Positions 45,434-58,316 of a stretch of DNA of 64,000 nucleotides are shown piece by piece (positions within the stretch are counted from its first letter, which is position 1; each line of letters starts with the position of its first letter). Under the pieces are notes generated by a model, which was not told where the DNA came from, searched no databases, and saw nothing but the letters and a program-made list of their open reading frames with translations. Origin of the DNA: Cyanophora paradoxa CCMP329 (taxonomy: Eukaryota; Plantae; Glaucophyta); NCBI GenBank assembly GCA_004431415.1, contig QPMI01000429.1, positions 138,054 to 202,053 on the forward strand, read 5' to 3'. The translations under genes were made by a program, and so were the position numbers.

Positions 45434-48400
45434 TCATTCGGAGGGACCGGCGCCGTCCGGCGGCGGTGCGCCGGCCGGGCCCTGGGCGCCGGCTGGGGAG
45501 GGGGATCTTGCGAAGTAGATAGCCTGCGGAGCGGGACCGTGAGCGCCGGCGAGAGGTGATGCGGGGGGGCGGGGCGGGGCGGGGGCACCGTAGGGGAGGG
45601 AGGCGGCGGCGGGGGCGAGGGAGAGGGCCCAGAGGGTTGGGGGCAGGGGCACGGTGTCGAACCAGGGCCCGCCGAGCTGGACGATGGCGGCCTGGACGGC
45701 GGCCGAGGCGAGGAGGATGGCGACGAACAGCGGGTTCCGCCCCAGGCCCTCCAGCACCGACCCGTCCCCGTCCTCCAGCTTCCGGCAGTTCACCTCGTTC
45801 GCCAGCTGCCGTCCCGCCCCGGCCCTCAGCGGCGCCGGCGGGACGGGGCCGGGGTGCGGGCCTGGCAGAAGACGAAGGCGTTGAAGAGGACGGTGTTGAC
45901 GACCTCGGGGCTCCCCGCCTCCGGGCCCGCCACCGCCGGCAGCAGCGCCCCGCCCAAATACAGCAGCGGGAACAGGAAGGCCAGCTGCGCGCGGGCGGAG
46001 GCACAGGTCAGGGACGAAGGTGGCGGGGGGCGCGGGGCGGGACGGGCCTGGAAGGCGGCGTGGCCGACGATGGCGCGGGCCATGGCCGGCGAGATGAGGC
46101 GCTCCCCGGGGGCCTGCGGGGCCCGCGCCAGCAGCGCCGCCGTCGGCCGCTCCGTCCCTGCCCCGGCCCTCAGCCGAGGAAGGCGCGCGGGGCGTGAGGC
46201 GCGGGGCGGGCAGGAGGCCCGGGCACCGAGGGCGAGGGCGCCGAGGGAGTCCATAATCATGTTCACCCAGAGTAGCTGCGGGCCGGGCAGGCGCGCCCAA
46301 GCTCAGATGCGTCGAATGGCGCCGGCCGGGGGGCAGTGCGGGCGGGGCGGGGCGGTGCGGGCCTGGGTTGGCTTGAGGGGCGTCCCCATGTCGGTGACGG
46401 CGGCGACGAGGGCGACGGAGAGGGCGACGACGTTGACGGTGAGCTGGAACTGCACGAACTTGCGGATGTTGTCGTACACGCAGCGCCCCCACAGCACCGC
46501 GTTCACGATCGACGTGAAGTTGTCGTCCATCAGCACGATGTCCTGTCCACGATGTCAGAGGGGGCGGGGGTGGCGGGGGCGCGGGGCGAGGGGCCGGGGC
46601 GGACGGAGGCTTCCTTGGCGACCTCGGTGCCGGAGAGGCCCATGCTGAGCCCGACGTCGGCCTCGCGCAGCGCCGGCGCGTCGTTCGTCCCGTCCCCCGT
46701 CACCGCCACCACCTCGCCCCGGCCCCGCAGCCGCCGCACCAGCGCCAGCTTGTCCGTCGGCGACGCCCGCGCCAGCACCTGCGGGCGGGGCGGGACGGGC
46801 TCGGAGGCGAGAGGGGCGGGGCATCGGGCGGGCGGGCGGGCCTGGAGGCGGGGGAGGACAGCGGTGTCGAAGTCGGGGCGGGCGAGGGCGGCCTGCAGCT
46901 CCTCCCCCGTGAGCGCCAGCCCGCCCTCCGTCATGATCCCGCACTCCCGCGCGATGTGCACCGCCGTCAGCGCGTCTGGCCCCCGCCGTCGGCCCGCGGG
47001 TCGCCCGTGAGGGAGGGGAGGGCCGGGGCGGCGCACTGTCGCCGGTGCACATGCGGACGGTGATGCCGGCGCGCTTGCAGGCCTCCACCGCCGCCGGCAC
47101 CTGCGGGGCCCTCAGAGGCGAGCGAGCCGAGGCGGGAGCGCTGCGCGGGGCGCCGCGCCTCCTTGCGGACAGGGTCCTTGATGCCGACGAAGGCGAGGAA
47201 GGTGAGGGGCCCGCCCGGCGCCCGGGGCCTCCCACGCCGCCCGCCATCCTCTTCCGCCTCCGCGTACGCGAGGCAGAGCGTCCGCAGGCCTGCGGCTGTC
47301 AGAGGCGGGCGGCGGGCGAGGGCGGCGGGGCGGGCGGGGGCGGGGCACCGGAGGCGGCCATGCGCTCGACCTCCGCGAGGAGCGCCTCCCGCTCCGCCGG
47401 CCCCAGCGGCCCCTCCCGCCCGTCCGGCCCCGCCGCCCGCTCGCACCGCGCCAGCAGCCGCTCCGGCGCCCCTTCACGTGCAGCCGAACCGCCATCCTCC
47501 TGCGCGCGTCGAGGGAACGTCGAGCGGAGCGGGGCGGCGGCGCGGGCGGCGTGGCGCTGACCGTGCGGACGATGGTGGTCATGGACTTGACCGCGGAGGA
47601 GAAGGGGAAGACGGCGCGGAGGCGGCCCCGCGGCGGGCGGCGGCGAGCTCGGCGGCCCGAGCCCGCTCGCGCTCGAGCCACGCGAGAAGGACGCACTCCG
47701 TGCGGCTCCCGACGCGCTCGAGGCCCCGAGGGGAGCGCCGCCACGCTCGCCGTCGAGTTGAGCGCCACCCTCCCGCAGCAGCGCGCGTCCGCCCGGGGAG
47801 GGAGGCGAGGGCGGGCTGGGCCCCGCCGCCCCCGCGCGCCACTCGACGACGCTCATGCGGTTCTCCGTCAGCGTGCCCGTCTTGTCGCTCAGGATGTCTG
47901 CCCGCGCCGCCCCGTCAGCCGGGCCGCAGAGACGCGCCCCGCCCAGCAGAGACGCGCGCACTGGTGGCGCCGCCATCGTCTCCGCCGCGTCCAGGTGCCT
48001 CACGAGTTCTGCGGGCGGCCGTCCGCGTCGGACGCGGCGCGAGAGGCGCGGGGGCTGGAGGCGGGGCGGGCGGGCACCTGGTCGGCGAGCATGGCGCGGA
48101 CGGAGTACGCCAGCGAGACGGTCACGCCACTGCGGCGCGGCTCGGTCGAGAGACAGCCGGGCCGGGCCGGGGCGGGGGCCGGGGCCGGGGCGGGGCGGGG
48201 GCGCACGGGCAGGCCCTCTGGGACGGCCATGACGAGGATGGTGACCCCGTGATGAAGAAGGAGAGCAGCGTCGACGCGTCCGTCGCGTCCAGCGCCTCCC
48301 GCCCGCCTGCGAGGAGGGGGTGGGGGGAGGAGGGGGGTAGAGGCGCGAGACCCGCACCCCGACGTCGAGGCCCAGCGGACGCAGAGGGCGGCGACGGTGA

Positions 48401-50200
48401 GCACCGCCGCCGCGAGGCCCACCCGCCCGATCGCTGTGCGAGGGAGAGGCTCGGGCGGGCCGGGGGACGGGCGAGCGCGAGGAGGAGGGGTCACCTCGGC
48501 GTGACCTCGGCTTCTTCTGCAGCGGCGTCTTCCGCTCGTCGTCCCGCTCTGCCGCCGCGGCCGGCCCGCCGATCAGACGGGGCCCGAGGGGGCGGGCCGC
48601 GGGCGCACCGCGGAGGCGGCCATGGCGGAGCCCATGCGCGTGCCTCGCCGACGGCCGTCACGAGCATGCGGCCCACGCCCGTGCACACCTGCGCGCCCCG
48701 GCGCGGCGTGGGCCTGCGGCCTTGCTCTCAGCGGCCTGCCGGGGGACCTGGGTGCCGGCGAGGAGGAGGGGGCTGGCGGGCCCTTCTTGACGGCGTCGCT
48801 CTCGCCCGTGAGCCGCTCTCGTCCGCCTCCAGCCGAAGCCCCGCCACCAGCACCCCGTCCGCAGGCACCTGCCCCAGAGTCAGGGGGAGAGGGGGGAGTG
48901 GGGGGGGGTACGGGGGCGGGCCTGGTCGCCGCCTCGAGGAGGACGAGGTCGCCCACCACCAGCTCCGACGCCTGCACCTGTACCCCGGCGTCGGGGAGGG
49001 GGCGGGGCGGCAAGGCGGGGCGGGGGTACGGCGTGCTCGCGGGGGCGCCGCCGCGGACGACGCGGGCGCGGCGGTCGTTCTTCACGCGGTTCAGCGCCCG
49101 GAACTGCGCCTCCTTCCTGCGGCGGCGGGGCTCAGAGGGGCCGCGGGGGCTGCCGGAGCCGGAGCCGGGCGGGGTGCGGGCGCGCGTGTAGTTGTTGGCG
49201 GCGGTGACCGCCGAGACGAGGGCCACGGCGCCCAGGATGGAGACCCCGTCCACCCAGGGGGTACCCCCTCGTGCGGCACCACGACCATCGCCGCCCCGGC
49301 GCCTCCCGCGGGCCCTCGCGGCCTCCGCCTGCACCTCCTCCACCCCCGGCGGCGCGCCGGCGCCGGCGGCGGGCCTGCGTGCGTTCGGCGGCGGCGGCGG
49401 CGGGGCGGGGCGGGGCGGAGGGGAAGGCTTGGAGGCGGCGCACGGGCCCTGTGTGGCGAGGGAGACGGCGATGGAGACGCCGGCGGCGGCGACGAGGATG
49501 CGCAGCGTGCCGTCCTGCAGCGCCTCCCACAGCAGCGACCCGAACGACCGGCCGCCGCCTCCGCCACCGCGTTCGCCCCGCCCCTGCCCCCGCGTCGGCC
49601 ACCCGACGGCCCGCGGCGGAGAGCGCGTTCAAAGCGCTTCTGCGCACCGCGCGCGGCGCTCGGCGATGGCGGCGGGGTCGTCGGGGAGGCCGTCCAACGC
49701 GTCGCTCCCGAGCCGCCGCGCCAGCTCCTCCGGCGGCTCCGGTGCAGCCTGCGGGGCGCCCGCCGGCGCCGACGAGGCCGGCCGCGGACCCGCCGGCCGC
49801 TCGGGCGCCGCATCCGCGACGGCCTGCGCATACGATTCGAACGCGGCGGTTCGGAGGGCGCGTCGGCGATCGGGCGCGGGGGCGCGCGGGGCCGTGCAGC
49901 AGCACTCACGTGCTCCGAGGACACCACAAAGCGCTCGGGTGCCTCCGTCTGCTGTCCTCGCTCGCGTGCACGCGTTGCGCGCCGAGGCGAGGGAGGAACC
50001 GAGCTGGAACTGCCGCTGGGCAGGACGCGGCGTACGTGCGCTTTGCTCTTGCCCTGGAGCACTGCGAACGGGGCGCGGAGGTCAGGGACGTGCCTCCCAG
50101 CGGAGATGACGCGCGTGCCGGCTGAGGGAGACGGGTTGCTGAGGCGCACGAGCTTGCGCTGCTGCAATGCGCTCCCTGATCGATCTGCGGCGGCCAAGGG
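45434..50200 (-). CDS. P2B-type (PMCA-like) Ca2+-transporting P-type ATPase, multi-exon; 5' end approximate
   Basis: [105 protein letters not shown] and NEVNCRK. Confidence 0.93.
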
Positions 50201-52145
50201 GCCGCCGGGCTAGCGGAGCGAGGAACATCGGAATGACGAGTACCCGTCAAAGCACGACCCCCCATCTCGAACTGGTTGTGCGTGAATGTTGATGGCGCAA
50301 AGCGGTGCTTCCGCGCGTGTATCGCGTTCTTGCGGTAGCGCCCGCTTTCGCTGCTCCGCTCAGCGCAGACGCCCAGACCCGCCCAGCTCATCAGGCGCTG
50401 CGCATGCCGCTGCAGCGGTCCTGCGGGCCCGCTGTGCGCACCGGCAGCAGCGATGCGGGGATCGACGCCACTGGCCTGCCGGCCGCCTCCGACAACGTGC
50501 GCGTCGACGCGTACGCGTACGAGTTCGAGGAGCTGGAATTCGAACCGGACCGGAATTTGACATGTACAGCGCTTACGACGTGCTCCACCGCTCTCGCGAC
50601 GGCGTGCCCGAGCGCTATGAGGCGACGGAGCTCAAGTCTAGATCTCCTGCAGCTGCGTGGAACAGATGGCACGCGGACCGGGCGCGCGGCGCCGGCGCCG
50701 GCCCCCGCATGCATATGCCCGCTCAGGTGCGCTTGTTTGCTCGTTTGCGCATCGTCTTCACAGCCGTCAAGCGAGCTCCGCGTCGCGCTGCCTGACCTCT
50801 GGCGTGGCCAGCGCTAGCAGCAGCGGCAGCTGCAGCCGCAGACGATTCGAGTGACGGTCTCGCCGCCGATGGCCGCCCCGCCACCGCTCGGCTCCGCGGT
50901 CATGGTGCGCACGCGCGCTTCGACAGCTTCGACGGCTCGCTCCTCTTCTCCGCTCGGCGCCGCGGCCTCGTCGCTGCTGCCGCCGCCCGAGAACCAGAGG
51001 CGGGGCGCTGACCGCTCGGGCCGGGGCGGCAGGTGCGGGTCGTGCGGGTCGCGGAGCGCGCGGCGGCCGCGCGGAGCGGCCTGCGCCCGTCGTACGCCAA
51101 CGTACCCGCCTTCCCCTCGGAGGCCCTCCCCGCGTTCCTCGCCCGGTCCGCCCGCGCCCCGCCGCCCCCGCCTCCCACCCTGCGCGACCGAGCGGGCAGG
51201 GTGGCCGAGCGGTTCGGGGTGCGGCCGGCGCCCCCGACGCTGGGGAGGCTCTTCGTGGAGGCCGCCGGGGGCGCGGCGGAGATCGCCGAGACCGCCGCCC
51301 TCCTCGCTGTGCGCGCCGCCGCTACCTCGCCCCCCGGCCCCGAGCCCCGCGTGACCGCCGGGGCCTTCGCGCAGGTCGGCTCCGACCTGGTCATCTACGC
51401 GGCCCCGGGGGACCTGCTGCCCGGCCCGGCCCCGCCGGCCAGCCCCGCCGCGCCCGCCTCCGCCCCTCGGGCCCCGCCCGGCCCGGCGCCCCAGCGGGCC
51501 GGGCTCCGGCTCCGGCAGCTCGGGCTCGTCGGCCCTGAGCGGGTCGGCGTCGGCGGCCTCGGGCCCGGGCGCCCCCTCCGGCGCCTCCGCATCGAGCCTC
51601 GAGGGGGACACCCGTGCGCCCGTCTCTGACGGCCGCCCCGCCGCCGCCCCCGCGCCCCGCCGACGCCCGGCCCGCAGACCGCAGCCGGGAGATTTCGGGC
51701 CGTCTGCCGCCGGGGCCGGCGCCGCTGCTGAGCCCCGCCGTGCTCCCGCGCCCACCGCGCGCCGCGTCCGCCTCTCGCCACTGGCCGCCTCCGCGCCCGG
51801 CGCGCTGCCGCCCTCCTCCGCGTGCCTGACGTACGCGCCGCCCTCGACGCACGTGCTCCCGCCGCCCCTGCTGCTGCCCGCCGCGCCGAGGCCGCCGCGG
51901 CGGCGCGCTCGCGCTCCCTCGCCGGCGCCGTCGGCGCTCTCGGGGGCGTCGTACCCGCCGACGCCGGGGAGCGCGCTGAGCCGGCGGACGGTGCACGAGG
52001 AGGCCGCCTTCCTCCACCGCCTCTACGGCGGCCGGCCCCGCGCGACGTCCGCCCGCCCGCCCCTCTTCTCGCGCGCCTCTGTCTGACGCCCGCCGGCCCC
52101 CCGCGCAGCTACGGAGCGCCGGCCGCGGGTCGCCGCCGGGGAGCC
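48660..52145. repeat. Segmental direct duplication, copy 1 (copy 2 at 59198-62720)
   Basis: Colinear similarity throughout, with scattered substitutions and indels. Covers the 5' part of the ATPase, the divergent intergenic region and the 5' part of the next gene. Confidence 0.92.
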
Positions 52146-52829
52146 TCCAGGCTAGGGCGGCCATATGTACAGCTTGTACAGCCGACGTCGACGCCGCCGG
52201 GTTCGCTCCCTCGCGCCGCGAGGGAGCCTAGGGCCGCGAGGGAAATTTAAAGCCGACGAAAGCGACGGAAAAAGATTCAGATTCATGATCAGTTCGCCTT
52301 TATATTATATTAATTTATATATTTCGAGCGTGCTTCGATTCTCGCATTTGCAACCTGCAGCTGTGCCTCCAGCAAGCAGTCTGCCACCTACTACGGTTCT
52401 TTATTGTTCATGATACAAGGAATAGTACAATGGGCGAAAGGCGAAATCAAAGCGAAAATTGCTGCAAAATTAATGCTTAAGAGCTTTCAGGCTTGGTCAC
52501 ATGAAAGCTATGAATACGCTGCAGCATGAGATATCGACACATGTACACTCGCACGTAGCGAGCATTTATCATAGCTATATAGTTTCTGAGTTTAGTTTCC
52601 AAAGCACTGTCCGAACGTCCAACGACGTCAACGGGCCCTAGGCCTAGACCTGCATCGATCACGCGCAATGAACGCGCGGGCTGGCGTTGCCGACCGCAAA
52701 CCCGAATTTGAAGCTGTACGTGGCAGCAAGGGCGATGGCGGCGCCCAGCAGGATGCCTGGCAGCTGCAGTGCCGAGAAGGAAGCAGGAGCGACGGAAAAC
52801 ACAGGGCTGCGATTCCCAAATGCGCAGAT

Positions 52830-54715
52830 CAGCCGGCGCCGCGCGACATGTTCAGGTACGACCGCGAGAATTTCGAAGCGCACATCGAGGAGACACTCGA
52901 GCTTGCGGGCACCCATGCGAAAGCCTGCACGTCGCCATGATCAGCAAAGGTCACGAAGATGATCAGCGAATTCAAGGTAGCGGTGCACATTCGCGAGCGT
53001 GAAATCCTGGAACCGCTTGTCAGCGCTTTGGATAACGATGGAATAGCCTTGGTTGACGTTGTAGGCCTGCTCGAGCAAAATGGGTCAAAGCTCTGACGCT
53101 GCAAGCGCAGTGTAAAAATGCGTGGGTTTCTGACCCCGAGGAGGTTGCGGGAGGAGTGGCGCAGGGCGTTGCAGGTCGCAAAAGACGGGGCGGCTGCGCA
53201 TGTGCAAGACAGAATCAGGAAGGGTTCACGATAGCGAGGCTTACGCAAGCGATGCTTCGCCAATATATATACGCGGAGCATCGGAGCGCGCGCACTGAAC
53301 GTGATCTGGGTATCGCTTGGGATCTGAGGGTTGGTGGCCGGGCAGGACTTCCCCGTCCCGGGTGCAACGATGAGAATCGTAATTGGGGCGCCAACAGGGA
53401 AGCCTGAGCCCAAGATGGTCACCGTAGATCCCGCCTGTCGCATCGAATTTTGCTTTGGGTTACTTCATGATTCTAGGTTGGCGATGCAAACGCCGCGGTC
53501 GCCGCGGATTCGAAGCAAACGCGCGCGCCTGGGCGGATCTGACGGCGGGCTCCGGCAAAGTCGCGGTGTTGTTCGCGTCGAAAACAAGTGAAACTGGTTT
53601 GCCGCTCGAAACACTCTGGCCCCGACATTCTGAATCACAATCTGCGTGATTTTCTACGAAATTAAAGGGAACTTCGTCAGCGCGCGTACGATGGCATGGA
53701 TATTCTAACAAAATATTAATCCCATTGCCAAGTTGAATTTGAAGCAGGCACCGGGCCAATCGCAATGAGTGCGGGCGCTGTAGTTGGCGTAGGAGTAACG
53801 CCGGAATTCGAAGTGGGCGGTGGTGTGGTGGGCGAGCCCGAGGGCGAGGGCGAAGGAGTCGGGATGGCGGCAGTGGCCATGGTACTGCAAGCACACAATT
53901 GCAAGTGAGCTCGAGGCGCGCATGAACGTCAGCGTTCGATAAATATGTATACGGTCTTACGTCGGGCTTGGAGATGGCGTTTGAATGGCGGATGGTGAGG
54001 GACTGGCCGACGGCGAGGGGCTGGCGGACGGGGAGGGAGAAGGACTGCGAAATGATGCAAGGCTTTGTCAGCCGCGGATCACGAGGCTTCGTCAGCCGCT
54101 GATCACGAGCGGTGATTGATCAGACCTCGGCGTGGCGCTCGCGCTCGGTGACGGGCTTGGCGATGGTGATGGCGATGGCGTCGCCGGTGCGGTGCAGACG
54201 CCGCTCACGTTCGTGGAAGGCGCTTGACAAACGCAGAGGGGGACTGTCGCGAGAAGCTGGCGTCCGACAACCGTTCGAGCGAGAAGACTGCGACGGCGGC
54301 TGCCAGTGGTGCCAAGGATTGTCTGGCCCGATGTGCAATTGTACCTGCGTTTTATATATATATGGCGCGCTGTCAGCTGCAGCCTTACGCACCAAACGCA
54401 GTAGTCTTTGTCTTCGTAAGACACGGTCGTGTGATTCGTGTAGAACTGTATGCCAGCAGGACCGGGGTTACCAAGGCCGTCGCAGTTAGCACCAGTTCCG
54501 TCACCAGTGCAGGCTGGGTTGATTTCGGGACTGTTGCATTTGCATCCGTCGATCCAGCCCCCATTAGGGCATTCCGCGGAATAGGAAATGGGGTTGCCGG
54601 ATACGAGTGCCACCACAGATGCGAGGAGCAGGAGCTGCAGAACACACGGCACCACCGCCCATCGCGAGCGCCCGTAGATCGCCGGCGAATGCATCTGCAT
54701 GTCGCCCGAAACCAT
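52830..54715 (-). CDS. Secreted Cys-rich protein with (Ser-Pro)n stalks and an IPT/TIG-like domain, multi-exon; 3' end uncertain
   Basis: Signal peptide VLQLLLLASVVALVSG, Cys-rich domain, RRRSLL and RQLL processing-like sites, [10 protein letters not shown] tracts, and GSTVTILGSGF..CPATNPQIPSDTQITF. Confidence 0.55.
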
Positions 54716-55691
54716 GAAGAACTGCAGACAGCGGCCGACTTATGAAGAAGAACTAGAAATGAAGCAGTGATGAAGCGCTAGCGTGAACTACTAGGCTCAG
54801 GCCGCTCAGCGGCTACCGTCTACGTAGTACTAGTAACACGAAACCTCCGGCGGAACTTCAGTGACGCGTACGCCGGTCACCGTGCGGCGTGCACGTCACA
54901 GCACGTGGCACGGCGGTGCGCAACTTGCGCATGCGGCATGCGCCGGCAAATGCCATGATATCGATACCGTGTATACGTATACGTACTACGGTAACACTTC
55001 ACTGATCGTGAGTCGTGACTGATGATACCGCCCATACCGTGTAAAACGGTGTAATACTAGTACTTATTTTTTTTGTACTTAATCACTGCGCTGACATAAC
55101 GTTAACTACTGCGCTACCATATGCATATTACTGCGCTCAAAATTTTTAGAACGCAGTAATTTGGTAGCGCAGACTGCGCAGTAAAGCGCTAACCGGCGCA
55201 GATATTTTAGAGCGCAGTAATTTGTGGCGCAGTAAATAAGTGAACGCAGTAAATTATAGTAATTTGCCGCGATTCTACACCCGGAAATCGCCAGAAAAAG
55301 GGCCGAAGTTCTGCCAGAGACCCCCCCGGGGCCCGGGCCCCATCCGATGATCCAGCCGCTGTTCAACGGTTTTACGTCCGACGGTCAAGTTTAATTTTAC
55401 AAGGGTAGTACTTTACTTACAAGTAAAACTTGACGTTTTACGTCAAGTTTTACAGGTGTCAACTCTGGCAAACTTGACAACGGCATCCCTAGCTATAGCC
55501 TATAGCGCCGGCCGGCGCCCGGCGGCCAATTTAAAAAAATTTGCAAGTTTTGGCTTAAGTTTATTATTAATTCCATCGATATCACTGCCGGCCAGACGTC
55601 GACTGGGCCACTCAGTGACTGCCACTGACTGGGCCCGTGCCCGCCGAGTTGAGTCACCGGCGACTCACCGCCGGAGGTTTCTATATATATA

Positions 55692-55843
55692 CCGTAAAAC
55701 ACAATATTAATGCGCTCAATATTAATGCGTTTTTGGACCCGGAACCCAAACTTGAAATTAATGCGTTTCCACGGCAAAAAAACGCATTAAATTAAATTGG
55801 GGACGCATTAATATAATGCGCGCATTATTATTCTGTTTTACGG
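55692..55843. mobile_element. Tc1/pogo-like MITE
   Basis: TIR CCGTAAAACA/TGTTTTACGG, TA on both flanks, internal ATTAATGCG/CGCATTAAT repeats. Confidence 0.75.
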
Positions 55844-55930
55844 TAGCTACGTATACGTGACCCTACGTCTAGACGTCACCGTCGATATATTTACGGCGCC
55901 GGCCAAGTTGGGGGAACTTGGGGCCAACTA

Positions 55931-56158
55931 CTGTCAATCCACAAAGTTAGGCGACGACAAAGTTAGGCGCGGAAATCGCCGCGGATAGACGAGTTCACCC
56001 ATTCGTCTAACTTAATCCCCGTCTAACTGTGCCTAAAGGGGTATGCCATAGTAACGCTTGTATGGAGCGACCAGCAGCTCGTCTATCTTTGTGAACGTCT
56101 ATCACGACGGGTGGGCAAACGTCTAAGAAAAGCGACGCCTAACTTAATGACATGACAG
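55931..56158. mobile_element. TA-flanked MITE
   Basis: TIR CTGTCA/TGACAG with subterminal AGTTAGGCG/CGCCTAACT; TA on both sides. Confidence 0.65.
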
Positions 56159-56521
56159 TAGTACTTACGGGACCGTCACTGGTCCGTCATGATCAGTGGT
56201 CCGTCACGGCGTCACAGACTCACACTGTGACAGCTTAAATTGCCGCGTAGTTAAATTGCCGAATTCGACCCAAACCGGAATTGCCGTGGCGATAAATTGC
56301 CGAAACTCTGGATTTCTTCTAGATCTATGGCGCCATACAAAAGCGGCCGTTTAGCCCTACCCCCTGAGAATTGCCGTGGCTTAAAATTGCCGAATTCGGC
56401 CTCTCGGCAATTTACGGCAATTTAAAACATCATGCTTCGTTCGCCGTCTCGATTGCGAGCCCGGGCTTGCTGACTTGGCTGACAAGCCGGGGAAAACCGG
56501 CAAAACCCCTGGGCTGGCAAG

Positions 56522-56982
56522 TAGGGCACTGGCCAGCCAGGTCTCCCTCTGGCCAGCGGGCCAGCCCAAGCCGACGAAGCCTTGCCAGCGGCCCGGGGCT
56601 GGCCGCCAGCTTCCAGCGGAAACTTGGCCGGCCAGCTGGCAACCAGCCTCCAGCTAGGAGCCGAAGACTCGGCTAGGCCAGCTGGCCAGCCGACCAGCCG
56701 CAGAGCCCACGTTCTTAAATGAAATCGGTGTCTTGGAAACGCTTTCGTAACTGTTTTAATGTGCACGGTTAAGAATATTAGCTGTTGATCTTATCAAGCC
56801 ACCCCCTCAAGCCCCTCTCCTAGCCTGGAGCCGACCCCCTAGCCAGTGTCGCCGACCGGCTGGTCGCCCGATAAAGTCGAAAAAGGCTGGCCCGGCTGGT
56901 CAACAAATCGGGCGGCTGGGCCAGCCTAAAAGTCCAAAACCAGCCAGCCAGCTGTTCGGCCGGGCCGCTGGCCAGTGCCCTA
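56522..56982. mobile_element. hAT-type MITE
   Basis: TIR TAGGGCACTGGCCAGC/GCTGGCCAGTGCCCTA; 8-bp TSD CTGGCAAG at 56514-56521 and 56983-56990. Confidence 0.88.
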
Positions 56983-57294
56983 CTGGCAAGCCAGGGTTTC
57001 GGCTGCCTAGCCCAGGCGCCCCCCGCCCAAATTGGCCGGCTAGCTAGCCGGCTTGGCCGCCGGCCAGTGCCCTACCCAAATTAAAACTGACCGAAAACAA
57101 CAAAACAAAAACACCGTAGGCTCTGCGGCCGCAGCCAATCGTGATTTTCCTTCGAAATAATGGTTCGTCCTCCTTCCAGAGGGGGTACATGTAACTTAGT
57201 AAGCGATAGCTAATTATAACTTAATATTATAAGAAGCTTAATTGCATCATGTTACATTAATTAGATGCATGATCGATCATGTCGCGATCGCATA

Positions 57295-57543
57295 CTGGAG
57301 AACTAGAAATGTTTAGTGGGCTGCATATTTATAGTACTAAAAGTTTTTGGGCGATCTACTAAATATTTCCCGCCAGCTAAAGCCGAGAATTTGCAGGGTA
57401 GTCCCGTCTGCGCCATACAAAAGCCCTGTCAAGACTGAGTGACTGAGTCTCTGACTGACCTACTAAAGTTTTACCACCTGCTAAAGTGGCAGTTTTGGCG
57501 GAGTACTAATTATTTTCCTGCACTAAATTAACTAGTTCTCCAG
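57295..57543. mobile_element. TA-flanked MITE
   Basis: TIR CTGGAGAACTAG/CTAGTTCTCCAG, TA on both flanks, internal (A/G)CTAAA repeats. Confidence 0.75.
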
Positions 57544-57700
57544 TATGCATGCGCTGCTGATGATGCGCAAATATATATGCATATGCGCATGCAATGCCAT
57601 GCATGCGGCATGCCGAGTCATTCAAATGATTGCCGACACTGCGCATGCAGCGCTGACACAGTGACACTGTGTGACACGCGCCGCGCCGCGTCACCGGTAC

Positions 57701-58316
57701 TAGGCCTGCGGCTTGCAGGCAAGCCCTTGAGCCAAGCCCTTGAGCCGGGCTGGGGGGTCAAGCCCTTGCCCGGCTTTTGGCCGGCTCAAGCCGGCTCAAG
57801 CCCTGGAGGGGAGGGGGGAGGGCGTCGGAGGGGGTGCCGGACGCAGCTGCGCGCCTGCAGCGCATTCGAATCGAAGCTGATAAGAAGCTTAAGCTATAAG
57901 CCTGCGACGGCAACGTGCATTAACAGACGCGCGCGCACACGTACGTATAAGTACGTATACGGTACCGGTACCCCTCGCGTGCGCGGCCGCGGCCCGTCCG
58001 CGCGCCGCGGCGCGGCACGGCCGCGGCCGGCCGCGCTTTCTCGTTATAATTACAATTGCGCAAAAGATGATAAGAGTATATGTACATGCGTTTCTTTGTG
58101 AATTCGAAGCTAAATATAAGCATTTCGCTGCGGTGCGAATGGCTTTCGAAACGGTACCCCCCCTCAGGCTTGCCGCAAGCCCGGCCAAGGGCTTGACCCC
58201 GCCGGGAGCCCAAGCCCTTGGGCCGGCCGGTCGACCGGCTTGGCTTGGCTTGACCGCGAGATCCCGGGGCTTGGCTTGGCTTAAGCCGACTTTTTGGCCG
58301 GCAAGCCGCACCCCTA
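57701..58316. mobile_element. hAT-type MITE
   Basis: TIR TAGG(CC/GG)TGCGGCTTGC; 8-bp TSD ACCGGTAC at 57693-57700 and 58317-58324; subterminal AAGCC/GGCTT repeats. Confidence 0.88.

Noticed and set aside
45324-52250. Long Arg/Gly/Pro/Ala-rich ORFs such as 47163-50213 (1016 aa), and likewise 58763-60703 and 8817-10463
   Set aside because: Shadow ORFs caused by very high GC, lying antisense to or across real spliced genes; no recognisable motifs.
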